A DNA stretch of 64,000 nt from Botryllus schlosseri. Taxonomy: Eukaryota. A model generated the notes under the pieces. The model saw only the letters and a list, made by a program, of their open reading frames with translations, was not told the DNA's origin and ran no database searches. The DNA lies in NCBI GenBank assembly GCA_051294905.1, contig CM119372.1, forward strand, positions 23,128,001 to 23,192,000, in the 5' to 3' direction. Both the position numbers and the translations under genes were made by a program. Shown here in pieces: positions 1-11,355 of the stretch (position 1 is the first letter of the stretch; each line of letters opens with the position of its first letter).

Positions 1-639
1 CCGTCGCCGGTATATCGAGATACGTAGCTGAGCTTACATTGGACTTACAACAAAGGATAGACCTCATCAAGGATATGACTACACGCAAATGACAAATGAT
101 TCGCCGATAGCCATGATCGCGGCGATGTAATTAATTGGAGCCGCGATCAACACCATCGCGTGAATGCGTGATGAAGATCCAGTATCCAGCAGTGTTTGGG
201 ATCAAGTCACTACCTTCGAGTCACGAGTCATTACACATTTTGACTTGAGTCAATCGATTTTCGAAGGTGAATCGAGTCAAGTCAAGTCACTCGATTTTTG
301 GAAGTGCCTCGAGTCAAGTCAAGTTGCCTTTTTGAAGTATGAGGCATGGTTACGTCATTACATTTTGCTAGCTGTCCGAAATACAGATTGAGTGGTCATT
401 CTGATACTGAACCAATAAACGAATATATAGTTATATATACACGCAAGAAGGCGCTGTATCGCTCACACACACGCAGAACTGTTGAACTACGTAAGTAATT
501 GCATAGTCTTAGTTTATAGTTACCACCAGTCAAAATAGAGCATAGAGAAACTAATTGATGAGATGTAATACATTACCTATTCACACATATTGATATGATA
601 CAATTCGAGTCTGCGCCAATGGTTGAGGAGTATATTAAC

Positions 640-1854
640 TAGGAATGGTGTGAACCTCTGAAACGTTCAGGTTCGTGTGAACGCGAACCTTTTCCAAAGG
701 TTCTGTGTGAACGCGAACGTGAACCTCATGACGTCACGTGACGTCATATTGCTAATTCCAACCCTACATTTCAGTGAAGTGATAGCCTATATCAATGCTG
801 AAGTTGGCGTTTCAAACGTTGCCAAATGTCTGAGTATGAGTATTGCTACGTTGATATAGAGCAGAGTATAAAACGGGTTAAAAAGTTATACAGCTGTAGC
901 CAACACCCCAATCGCACGGATTGGTTTTTATGATACAGTAAACATATGAAGTCAAGATTGACCCCGTGCGCCTGCTAGATTTTTTTAACATCAGACAACG
1001 ATATCAATTTCATTGATAGCTTGAGTAAGCATCATTCGCGTACTACCTGTAGTGTATTTCTCTCTTGATGTTGTGTGATTGCGGGTCAAGCTCACAGCAG
1101 AGAATCACTAAATATTCACAAACGGAAAGCTGGATATTTCGAGCAAACTTTTGTAACAAAGCAAGTAAAACTTTTGAGATTGTCAAGGTGCATGCCCGTT
1201 TAGTCTTGAGTTTTTATGGTGCCATCGCCATGCATAGAGTGGCCGCAGTTAGAATGCAAATAATTTCAACCAAAGATGTTATAATGAAGTGAAAATTGTA
1301 ATATATGAAAAAGGTTCACGGTGCAGAACCTACCAGAGATGAGCGGATTGGAAATTTTCATGTCCTAATCCAATCCAAATCCGAACCTTCAAATCCAAAT
1401 CCTAATCCTAATCCATAACTTTTTCATATTCAAGTCCATGTCCAATCCTAATCCGATTCCAACTGGAAATTAAAAGAAAATACTAATTTATGCAATGGAG
1501 GGATTCGAAAAGTTTCTTTCACAACCAACGATTCACTTGATTCAAGATAACTTAGTAACCATAAGTACAATAATAACTGATCTGAATAAAGTTTGTCGCC
1601 ATTCGCCACACGACATTTCAATCTCCCAGAAAATAGGTAAATCCAATCCAAATCCTAATCCGTTCAGAAAAAAATATCTAATCCAAATCCAATCCAAATC
1701 CGACAAAATTTCACAAATCCTGTTTTTTCAAAACCTAATCCTAATCCATGCTCATCTCTGGAACCTACCAAGGTTCTTTGTGAACGTGAACCTCTAAATT
1801 TCTGAGGTTCACACACAGAACGTGAACGTGAACCTCATGTTCACACCATCCCTA
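640..1854 (+). mobile_element. hAT-type MITE family A (TIR TAGGGATGGTGTGAAC), carrying a nested MITE
   Basis: Starts TAGGAATGGTGTGAAC and ends GTTCACACCATCCCTA, with subterminal GTGAAC repeats. Same family as 6723-7703, 33598-38220 and 57258-58206. The flanks of this copy do not form a TSD. Confidence 0.85.
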
Positions 1855-2870
1855 CTAAAGTTATGATATAATAATATCGTTGGGTTATATTTTTCAACTG
1901 AACAAGTCACACACAATGCGATGTCATGAACAGATAGGAGGATGTCGAACGACACGCATCAGTAACGATCCTTTGGATAGTGTAGTGGTTACGATAAGCG
2001 CCCAGCACGCAGGCGAACCGCGTTCGATTCCCCTTCGGAGGTTTATCTGGGCTCCTATTCCCCTGCCGTTGCCGTTCTTACGGCGACAAAAAAGCCCAGA
2101 AAAAGACCCGACGAAAGAAAGCACTCACAATGAATGGAAAAGAACTAGTAGAAAGGGCCGCGGCTTCAAAGAGATCAACATCGAAAAAGAACTGTAACAT
2201 CGGGCACTCTAGGCCGAGGTGGATGTTAGAGTAAAGGATCGCTACTGATGCGTTCTACATCCTCCTATCTGTTCATGACATCGCATTGTGTGTGACTTGT
2301 TCAGTTGAAAAATATAACCCAACGATATTATTATATCGTAACTTTAGTAGGGATGGTGTGAACATGAGGTTCACGTTCACGTTCTGTGTGTGAACCTCAG
2401 AAATTTAGAGGTTCACGTTCACAAAGAACCTTGCTAGGTTCTGCACCGTGAACCTTTCTCATATATTACAATTTTCACTTCATTATAACATCTTTGGTTG
2501 AAATTATTTGCATTCTAACTGCGGCCACTCTATGCATGGCGATGGCACCATAAAAACTCAACACTAAACGAGCATGCACCTTGACAATCTCAAAAGTTTT
2601 ACTTGCTTTGTTACAAAAGTTTGCTCGAAATATCCAGCTTTCCGTTTGTGAATATTTAGTGATTCTCTGCTGTGAGCTTGACCCGCAATCACACAACATC
2701 AAGAGAGAAATACACTACAGGTAGTACGCGAATGATGCTTACTCAAGCTATCAATGAAATTGATATCGTTGTCTGATGTTAAAAAAATCTAGCAGGCGCA
2801 CGGGGTCAATCTTGACTTCATATGTTTACTGTATCATAAAAACCAATCCGTGCGATTGGGGTGTTGGCTA
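897..2870. repeat. Large inverted duplication (arms ~897-1974 and ~2233-2870, ~258-bp spacer)
   Basis: Identical 75-aa ORFs at 1065-1292(+) and 2475-2702(-). The reverse-complement match includes non-MITE flank (1855-1974 vs 2233-2347). Confidence 0.9.
1334..1760. mobile_element. hAT-type MITE family B nested in MITE A
   Basis: TIR CAGAGATGAGC...GCTCATCTCTG. Perfect 8-bp TSD GAACCTAC at 1326-1333 and 1761-1768. The empty site is visible in the inverted copy near 2430. Confidence 0.93.
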
Positions 2871-3590
2871 TATCAAAAAGTTGGGAAATTGCGTACTTTT
2901 TGAGGATCAAAACGCATGATTTTGCGTCAAATACCACTATTCGTCCAATTCGATTTTCGTTCAGATTCAATCGACAATTAGATTACCCAAAATGTATCGG
3001 CGTGCCCTCTGCTTCGGATATGTTATATATGCGGATAAGTATTACATCATGATATTAATGACAATATCAGAACGTTGAGAAATTGCGTACTTTTTGAGGA
3101 TCAAAATGCACGATTTTGCGTCAAATACGACTTGTCGTCCAATTCGATTTTCGGTCTATTTCAATCAACGATTAGGACACCCTAAATGTAACGGCGTGCT
3201 ATATGCTTCGGATATATTATATATTCGGATAAGTATTACATTATGATATTAACGGTAATATCAAAAAGTTGAGAAATTGCGTACTTTTTTAAGATCAAAA
3301 TGCATGATTTTGCGTCAAATACGAATTTTCTTCCAATTCGATTTTCGGTCAGTTTCAATCGACAATTAGAACACCTAAAATATAACGGCGTGCCCTCTGC
3401 TCCGGATATGTTATATATTTGGATAAGTAGTAAATCATGATATTATTGACAATAGCAAAAAGTTGAGAAATTGCGTACTTTTTTAAGATCAAAATGCACG
3501 ATTTTGCGTCAAATACCACTTTTCGTCCAATTCGATTTTCGGTCAGTTTCGATCGACAATTAGGACGCTCGAAATGAAACGCAAAGCTTC
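2871..3590 (+). repeat. Left terminal array, ~3.7 copies of a 194-bp unit
   Basis: TATCAAAAAGTT-like unit starts at 2871, 3065, 3259 and 3453. Confidence 0.93.
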
Positions 3591-4057
3591 GAGATATTAG
3601 GCATTTTTGGCGTTGGTGATAGGTTGATCTTCAATATGGTTTGTCTTTGTTTACTTGGGGTGTTCATGGTGTTTGTCAACTACTATGGTCATTTACACAA
3701 GGCCATTTGTTCATTTTAATCCGTAGCTGCCGACTTGTAGCACGGCCCGACGAGGACCGATTACACTGATGAGACAGCCTTGATAAACATCCAACACTAA
3801 GGTAGGAATTCTTGAGTCAACCTCGGTAGCTAACGACTATAATGGCTGTCAATTGAATTCACGATCAATAATTGGTATTTTGCGGCGTAGACACGAAGAT
3901 TATTAAGGGCCCCCGCGCCCCAATTACGTTAGTTGATGAACCAGCTCGTCATGTCATTTGAACTTGTGAACTATATGAAGAAGTGTTGTCACTTGGCAAA
4001 ACCAATACGGTGCAGTTTTAAGAATTGTATGTTGCAAGCGTTGTTCTATCAAGGGTC

Positions 4058-6292
4058 ATGGGTCGGGCTTCTACCCGTACCAAGCATTCAAGTACCCATC
4101 AGTCAAGTACCCACCAGCCAAGTACCAAGCAGTCAACTACCAAGCAGTCAATTACCAAGCAGTCAACTACCAAGCAGTCAACTACCAAGCAGTCAACTAC
4201 CAAGCAGTCAAGTACCCATCAGCCAAGTACCAAGCAGTCAACTACCAAGCAGTCAACTACCAAGCAGTCAACTACCAAGCAGTCAACTACCAAGCAGTCA
4301 ACTACCAAGCAGCTAAGTACCAAAAAGAAATATCTAGTGAGGACTATAGCTAATTTTCTGCATCGTAATGGAGTAGAATCACTAAGAACTGATAAACTCC
4401 AAAATGATTTTCTGGATAGCTGCAGTTATTGTAAAGGGAAAAGCACGACGCAGCGGAAAACACTTCTGCGTAGTTTCTGTAAACTTCAAGATGTGGAGAT
4501 AAAGAATGCTCTCAAAGGAATGTCTCGTTTCGAAACAGATGATGTGGCAACCAGTGATGACGTCGATGTCCGCTGTATTGTTGAAAAACACAACTCCAAA
4601 CAAGTTAATGAGTTGACAAATTTTGCTGGTCAGAGGTACTGTGTGTGTCGCAAAGAGTGGCGCGGGGAGGAGCTAGTTCAATGTGACACGGGTGAGTCGT
4701 GGTTTCATGATATCTGTATTTTCAAAGGCACTGCTCTGCGTAAATTTGTAAAGGGAAAGTGGGAAAAAGTACCATTACTGTGCCAACACGCCACTGTAGC
4801 CGTACATACCAAATCAGGATCAGGAATATTCCACCGTGTTGATGGAAATATACAATCAAAGATTCTCCAAGATGCCGGTACCTGTACCTCGTCGGTGGAG
4901 CTATTGACAAAAGGGACTCAAACCGATAGCATTCATGATGTACAAGAGATTCCATCGTGTAATGATGGCATTGCGCAGATCCACAAATCATTCTCTGATG
5001 AACTGTCGGATAACGAAGGGGAAACCGGACTTGGCTCATTAATGACCAGCAGTAAACTCGACCTTATTACATCTAAAACAATTGAAATCGAAGGTCACTT
5101 TAATATTGAGGGAAGTAAATGGAAATACATCGTCGGTGTCGATAATAACAGATTCGATAAGGACGAGTACAGGAATGTTATTCTGGACCCTATAAAATCT
5201 TTGTACGACGAATGCGTTCCGGCCTTTCTCAATCATTATTTGCGACATGTCGTCAACGAAAGAGGGAGTGACTCTTATGAAGTCGGTAATGCAAATCTGT
5301 ATTGCTCGCACAAAACATGTTACGTTACGTATCGTGTAACCTTTATGCAGCGTCAAAATTGTCCAGATGTTGAAGGGAGAATTATTATCGACGGAACTCG
5401 TTGTCACACAGGAGAATGCGTACGATCACGTCCAGTTCGCGGAAGCGAGCGGAAAATGATCAGAAGTAAACTGGACCACCGAAAGCCGGCATCGCTCCAC
5501 AACGAGTTGTACGATACTCTGACCGCTGAGCAGAGGATCCTCGGCTCCCATACAGACGTGCCAAGTTCCAACGTACTTCGAAAACTCAAGTGCGAACAGA
5601 CTTTAATTGATGTCAAACGCGAATGGTACGTCAACTTGGAGAAAATGAAGGATGAAGAGGCGGATTCCACAAGATTTATTAAATCCATTCAAACATCTCC
5701 CCCGCAAATCATTATATTTACAATTTTCGGGATCAAAGCGTTTAATACCTTATGTAAGATAGACATGATTTATTGCGACGCCAGTGGGAGCCTGAAAAGA
5801 GGCGAAGACTTCCAAATTTATACGTTGTTAGTGCGGAATCCTATCAAAGGAGAAGTTTCTCTTCCTATCGCTTCCTGCATTACAAAAAGTCACGACTCTA
5901 TATCTATTTCACAGTTCCTGAATTTTTTTCTATCTGAACGATTTCGCCTGACCGGAGCTCAATCAGCTCCGCTAAGGATTATTATCGATGGATCGCCTGC
6001 ACTGTGGAATGCAATTTTAAGATCGTTTTGCAACGAAACAAGACTGCAATATTACGTCCGCTGCTATCGCGTAGTATCTGGAATGCCAAATGCGAATGAC
6101 CTTAAACTGCCATTTATTCAGAATTGCTTGGCACATGCCATGAAAGCTGCAAAAGTCATGATCGTCAAACATTATAAAAAGCGCCTCAAAACACATGCCA
6201 TGTGTTGGATTTCCAGACTGTTTCGGGCGAAAACCATTGAAGAATTGGACTCGATTGTAAAAAGTTTCATCATCGTTACAAAGTGCAAGTAA
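4058..6292 (+). CDS. Exon 1 of transposase: low-complexity repeat, PHD finger, NOF/MULE transposase core
   Basis: PHD-like YCVCRK..LVQCD..SWFHDICI; GCM1/WRKY-like CSHKTC...RCH; catalytic YCDASGS and IIDGSPAL; CxxH motif NCLAH. First in-frame ATG at 4058. Confidence 0.85.
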   Translation: MGRASTRTKHSSTHQSSTHQPSTKQSTTKQSITKQSTTKQSTTKQSTTKQSSTHQPSTKQSTTKQSTTKQSTTKQSTTKQSTTKQLSTKKKYLVRTIANFLHRNGVESLRTDKLQNDFLDSCSYCKGKSTTQRKTLLRSFCKLQDVEIKNALKGMSRFETDDVATSDDVDVRCIVEKHNSKQVNELTNFAGQRYCVCRKEWRGEELVQCDTGESWFHDICIFKGTALRKFVKGKWEKVPLLCQHATVAVHTKSGSGIFHRVDGNIQSKILQDAGTCTSSVELLTKGTQTDSIHDVQEIPSCNDGIAQIHKSFSDELSDNEGETGLGSLMTSSKLDLITSKTIEIEGHFNIEGSKWKYIVGVDNNRFDKDEYRNVILDPIKSLYDECVPAFLNHYLRHVVNERGSDSYEVGNANLYCSHKTCYVTYRVTFMQRQNCPDVEGRIIIDGTRCHTGECVRSRPVRGSERKMIRSKLDHRKPASLHNELYDTLTAEQRILGSHTDVPSSNVLRKLKCEQTLIDVKREWYVNLEKMKDEEADSTRFIKSIQTSPPQIIIFTIFGIKAFNTLCKIDMIYCDASGSLKRGEDFQIYTLLVRNPIKGEVSLPIASCITKSHDSISISQFLNFFLSERFRLTGAQSAPLRIIIDGSPALWNAILRSFCNETRLQYYVRCYRVVSGMPNANDLKLPFIQNCLAHAMKAAKVMIVKHYKKRLKTHAMCWISRLFRAKTIEELDSIVKSFIIVTKCK
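4078..4322 (+). repeat. 15-bp coding minisatellite (CAACTACCAAGCAGT)n encoding (TKQST)n
   Basis: About 16 tandem 15-mers in frame with the transposase ORF. Confidence 0.9.
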
Positions 6293-6722
6293 GATTTCAA
6301 TATCAATCAAGTTCAGAGTTTATGACTGATCCACTCTATTTATCAACTGCGTATAACTGCGTATATAAATGGTACTAATAGTCATAACTTTCCTTGTATA
6401 GACGGACTATATAAATATATATAGTAATGATGCGAGCCTCAAGTTCACATCCGTGTTCGGCATATGCGAACGTTGCTAATTTAAAAGTTAGTCCTTGCGA
6501 AAAGAAACAAAATTCAGAAATGTGAAGATTTCTAGAAACTATAGTATTGTCTACTCTTGCATCGTGTTGGATCCCTCACAGGATCAATCACAAACCTAAA
6601 TCCTTCTACCCGTACCCACCTTAGTGATGTGATACCGCGTGGCATCGTAAGTTCACTCTGATCACACAGAACCGTTTCTGCAAAAGTTTAAGTTCACACA
6701 TTCATGCACTCATGGTATACAT

Positions 6723-7703
6723 TAGGGATGGTGTGAACGTGAGGTTCACGTTCGCGTTCTGTGTGTGAACCTCGGAAATTTTGAGGTTCACGTTCACAAA
6801 CGAACCTTGGTAGGTTCTGCACTGTGAACCTTTTCCATATATTACAACTTTCACTTCACTATAACATCTTAGGTTGAAATTTATTGTATTGAAACTGCGG
6901 GCCACTCTATCTATGGCGATGTCAGAATAAAAAATCAACACTAAACGAGCATGCACCTTGACAATCTGAAAAGAAATTACTTGCTTTTTTGTTACAAACG
7001 TTTGCTCGAAATATCCGGCTTTTCGTTTGTGAATATTTAGTGACTCTCTGCTGTGAGCTTGGCCCGCAATCACACAACACAAGAGCGAAATACATGCAGT
7101 CAGCGAATGATGCTTATTCAACCAATCAATGAAATTGATATCTTTGTCTGATGTAAAAAATCTAGCAGGTGTACGGGGTTAATCTTGACTTCATATGTTT
7201 ATCGTATCATAAAAACCAAATCCACGCGATTGGGGTGTTGGCTACAGCTGTGTAACTTGTTAATGGGGTAATGTCGGTAGCAAGTATAGAAACCCGTTTT
7301 ACCCTCTGCTCAATATCAACATAGCAATACCCAGTCGCCAAATACATTGTCCGGTCTGGCCTAAACCGTTAAGGCGTAAGCTTATATTCCCTTGTAAGTC
7401 CTCGTCGAAAATGTTGGCAAAGCCACGGAAGGTATAGATTTTATGGGATTATTATATCATTTGATTGCACCAGTTGATACATTTGGCGACGTTTAAAACG
7501 TTAATATGTACGGCAGCATTGTGGCATGTCGTCGCTAGGTATCGTGCACATTATAGGCTACCACTTCACTGAAATGTAGGGTTGGACTTAGCAATATGAC
7601 GTCACGTGACGTCACGAGGTTCACGTTCGCGTTCACACAGAACCTTTCAAAAAGGTTCGCGTTCACACGAACCCGAACCTTTCAGAGGTTCACACCATCC
7701 CTA
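6723..7703 (-). mobile_element. MITE family A inside the transposase intron
   Basis: TIRs TAGGGATGGTGTGAAC / GTTCACACCATCCCTA. Perfect 8-bp TSD GTATACAT at 6715-6722 and 7704-7711. Confidence 0.95.
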
Positions 7704-7910
7704 GTATACATATGCGCAGATCGTGTGTATGTGTATCATGAGTCGGTGTATATGCCGCAAAAACATCAAGGACAAAAAAATAAACAATATGCGTCCTTTC
7801 CACGAACACAAGCCTTCACATATGTGTGCCCCCATATTCCTACATATATGGTGCGTAAATGATGTGTCATTCAGTGATGGTATCTTCGAATATATATTCA
7901 TATTTTACAG

Positions 7911-8767
7911 GTATACGTCAACTTTTGTTGATGATCATTTCGACCATATAATGAAAGAAGATGGAAGCAATGTAGACGGAATAGATTCGTTCCCGAGAGA
8001 CTTCGCACACTCAGACTCTAGCGAGACTATTTTGATTGAATCTAAAAAGCAAGATGAGTATCATGAGCTCCGATCACCATTTCGTCACAGGTATGGGACT
8101 ATGACGGAAGCATTCCGAGAATCGCAGTACTACATAGCTCATTCATCAGAACTTGCCGGATCGTCACGCCAGTTGAATGTATACAACGATGGCGACAACG
8201 ACTTCTGAATTAATGATTGGAGATCTAAGCCGGCATTGTAACAATTTCTCAACGGCTAAGCAAACCGAAATGTACAACGGATTTTCGAACAATTACCGAC
8301 GGATAGCCAAGTCCAGGTACCGCAATATCACAATTGACAATAGAACTCAGGGATGCGTCGAGCAAAGCTTTGATTGGCTAAAAAATGTTATACTGGGGAA
8401 AGAAAGAGCAAACCGTTTGGATAGTTTCGTTGTCAAATATAAACGTTCAATTTTGATTCAAGAAAAAAAATTCTTCGACGCACTTTATCGAAATGGATAT
8501 TTGGCAACATTATTATACAAATTAAGTGATCAGTCCGTATCAAAGACTTCGAAAACAGTACAGTCAAAGTTTAAACGAAAAAAGTCACGCGGTAAAGGAT
8601 GCTATTCGAGCGATCGGATTAACATCATCAAGACCACAATCAAATACGCCAATCAGCGTACAACAAAAGCTGTTGCCTTGAATTGCCCCGAAACGATAGA
8701 TCTGACGGATCAAGCTCCATCATCCCCTCCGATCTCTTCGGAACGCAATTTGGTACCATTTACATAG
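7911..8767 (+). CDS. Exon 2, first part: transposase C-terminal catalytic Glu region (frameshifted)
   Basis: RTQGCVEQSFDWLKNVIL matches the T/NxxVExxF..K third catalytic residue motif of MULE transposases. It lies in ORF 8177-8767, a different frame from 7912-8208. Confidence 0.75.
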
Positions 8768-8770
8768 GAT

Positions 8771-11101
8771 TTGCCACAAATAACAAAAGTGCCGTACCCT
8801 TGGTCTACTTTGGACTTCCAAAAATGTGATGGTTTGGTAACGGCAATCTGGAAAAAGATGTATAACTTTGATCGAATCGAGCAAATGTTTGACACTGCTG
8901 TGCAATATTTACGTGATTCATTTCTTCTGTGGCTCGATTTGAAATCTCTCATACCGCTTTCAATGTGTGAATCGATCGTAAGTTTTCACGAAATTGAGAA
9001 ATCCCACCCTCTTGGCTGGCTGACGTCGGATGTTGTATACTGCTACATTAAAAGGTCGGCGTCCTTGGCCACGCAGCAAAATGAGTCGAAGGCTTTTGAA
9101 TGCATTGACCCAGACAACACCAGAGAGATACTTCAGGGAAAAGGATTCAGATCTCCAAATCGTAGCTGCAGCTTATCTACAGTGAATGCTGCTTCAGGTG
9201 TTAAGTCCCGTGCTTTCATGACGCGACTTTATCCATTAGTTTGGGAAAGGCATTTCTATCTAATTGTATTTGATTCACATGACAATTCTATCACATTATA
9301 CGACTCCATTGACCACATGAACGAAGGTCTTAACAGGGCTATTAATGAACATTTAATGCCCGAGCTGCAAAAATTAACCAAGTGCGAGGTCGTTTCTTTT
9401 TCACGACAATCTCCGATTAAGCAGCCAGATCTTGAGAGCTGCGGCGTTTGCGTTTGCGTTGTCGCGGATCGGGTTTGTTTCGGACTCGATCAACCTTCTG
9501 AAGGTACCGATGTAATCAAATTTTTGATCATGTACCGAAAATGGATATGTTTTCAAGTCGTTAGTCAGTCACATTCTGTTCACCGCGATATTAGACACAT
9601 CGCTGTCAATACGTTTTGCGCTAACACCTGCACCAAAGGTATGCCTAATATTGGAAATTCTTGTTGGTTCAATGCTACCACCCAATGCTTGGCATTATGT
9701 CTGAAAGGCCATATCGGTACAGCAATGAACTATGCCGAGTACGCATCCATAACCTCTGATTTCATGCAATTAATTATGCAATTGACTTTAGATAGCCGCA
9801 GACATTGCATCGTATCTGACATTGAAAAATTGGTATCAGATATATGTTCAAAGTTTGGATGGGATTGTGGCACGCGGCAAGATGACGGAGAGTTCATCAC
9901 CAGAATTCTCGATACAGACTTGAGCGATGCGATGGAGCAGATGGGGGTTACTTCCAAATTTCGATTGATTCGCAAAGTCAATTGCAAGCGTTGCAATTTT
10001 CCCTCGAAGTTCATAGAACATCGGCTATCCGTTGTTTTACATACATTTGAAGAGGACAGTGATATTTCTGACCTGATCACAAATTTTCCTCGTCAATGTG
10101 TTAATACTAACAGCAAATGCCTACAATGCCACGCTGATGTAGACGAACATGTCGTATTCGGAACCCTTCCCAACATGCTGGTGATAAATGTCAGTCGCGG
10201 AACTCCAGAGGGTAAAAACATCATCTCAGTCCAGATACCCGATTCAATGGATCTCGAAGTAGATGGATTGAAATCCCATTATATACTAAAAGGGAAAGTA
10301 ATCCATCATGGTACGTCGTGTGCATCGGGCCACTATCTCGCATATACCGGAAATCATGATGGATTCTGCACAGTATTCGACGACGACGCATTACGTGTGG
10401 TAAATACTGATCGGCTAATAATTGACACGCAACAAAATGCTACAATCCTGATGTACGTAAAAACTGGTGAGACGATCAAGGACGCAAGATCGAAGCAAAT
10501 TCCTCGTCGCCGCATACCGCCTAATTTTGGCACATGCACAATTGTGGAGAAAAAGAAAGATGTGCCGTATGTTCCACGGTATGGAAACAATCTCAACAAT
10601 ATGACATGGACAGGAACGTCTGTCATGCAGTTGAATTCTATGTTAAACAATTTAAAAAAACTTACCACCTCGTCAATGAGAAATGGAAATGCGAAAGCAG
10701 AATGGTATCGACATTCTCTGTTCGTGAAAGGACAACAAAAATCCCTGAAAAAATTCAATTCGACTCTGAAATATGCCGAGAGCGAAACTTCGGAAACGCA
10801 TCTGGAAAATTTGTTGGAATTCATTAAATCGAAATTTCGCCTTAGAACTAGAACCGTTAAATATTTCAAGCACATGAGCGGGGATTCGTCCCTATACAGC
10901 TCAAAAGACAGTTTAGTCGTTTATCCGAATCCTGAGGTGTTTGGGAACGCTTTGTTTCATAGTTTTAAAGACAAAAAACGAAATTTCCGAGAATATGTAA
11001 ACGAAGTGCTGCATTTTGAAGGAATGATATTTTTCGCAATGGCACTAAAAAATCAGGACTACAATTCAATATCAAAAGACTTTGGGTTTTCATTGGATTA
11101 A
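8771..11101 (+). CDS. Tandem Ulp1/SENP-like C48 protease and USP-like C19 deubiquitinase domains
   Basis: Ulp1: WLTSDVV, HFYLIVFD, YDSI, QPDLESCG (H-D-Q-C intact). USP: Cys box GMPNIGNSCWFNAT, RQDDGEF, CKRC/CLQC, His box VIHHG-SGHYLAY, FDDD. Confidence 0.9.
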   Translation: MPQITKVPYPWSTLDFQKCDGLVTAIWKKMYNFDRIEQMFDTAVQYLRDSFLLWLDLKSLIPLSMCESIVSFHEIEKSHPLGWLTSDVVYCYIKRSASLATQQNESKAFECIDPDNTREILQGKGFRSPNRSCSLSTVNAASGVKSRAFMTRLYPLVWERHFYLIVFDSHDNSITLYDSIDHMNEGLNRAINEHLMPELQKLTKCEVVSFSRQSPIKQPDLESCGVCVCVVADRVCFGLDQPSEGTDVIKFLIMYRKWICFQVVSQSHSVHRDIRHIAVNTFCANTCTKGMPNIGNSCWFNATTQCLALCLKGHIGTAMNYAEYASITSDFMQLIMQLTLDSRRHCIVSDIEKLVSDICSKFGWDCGTRQDDGEFITRILDTDLSDAMEQMGVTSKFRLIRKVNCKRCNFPSKFIEHRLSVVLHTFEEDSDISDLITNFPRQCVNTNSKCLQCHADVDEHVVFGTLPNMLVINVSRGTPEGKNIISVQIPDSMDLEVDGLKSHYILKGKVIHHGTSCASGHYLAYTGNHDGFCTVFDDDALRVVNTDRLIIDTQQNATILMYVKTGETIKDARSKQIPRRRIPPNFGTCTIVEKKKDVPYVPRYGNNLNNMTWTGTSVMQLNSMLNNLKKLTTSSMRNGNAKAEWYRHSLFVKGQQKSLKKFNSTLKYAESETSETHLENLLEFIKSKFRLRTRTVKYFKHMSGDSSLYSSKDSLVVYPNPEVFGNALFHSFKDKKRNFREYVNEVLHFEGMIFFAMALKNQDYNSISKDFGFSLD

Positions 11102-11355
11102 TTGGAATGATATGCCGCATGAATTCGAATATTTCGTTTTTCCTCTAAATACGTCCATTTCTACAATCCTATATCTACATCGAGTATTCTTTACAAAATA
11201 CACGTTTCGAAATTACATTTTCAATTTGCATATTAATCCGTTTGAAACTCATTGATTCGAGGGGAGTTGCTGACAAAAATCAGGGACGAAGATGACAAAG
11301 CAGGACAGGACATAGCATTGTAAAACAGAAATTGTTATATCATGATGTTATAACA

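Larger units (their letters stand above)
4058..11101 (+). pseudogene. Spliced transposase polyprotein (~1800 aa reconstructed): TKQST repeats, PHD, NOF/MULE DDE transposase, Ulp1 (C48), USP (C19); one frameshift and one in-frame stop
   Basis: Exon 4058-6288, GT..AG intron 6289-7910 in phase (KCK|YTSTF). Frame switch at ~8177-8208. In-frame TAG at 8765-8767, after which the same frame continues to 11101. Confidence 0.8.

Noticed and set aside
1065..1292. 75-aa ORF present twice identically (also 2475-2702) with relatives at 6702-7121 and 57854-58084
   Set aside because: Lies inside MITE family A; the frame is not conserved among the more diverged copies.
2871..3590. Regularly spaced repeats as a possible CRISPR array
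   Set aside because: Whole 194-bp units repeat with no variable spacers, no cas genes are present and the context is eukaryotic.
3933..4316. 127-aa (SSQLP)n ORF
   Set aside because: Alternative frame of the 15-bp minisatellite; only the TKQST frame continues into the transposase.
8771..11101. Stand-alone host USP/SENP gene
   Set aside because: No ATG at the ORF start, in frame with the upstream transposase segment and enclosed by the element's terminal arrays.
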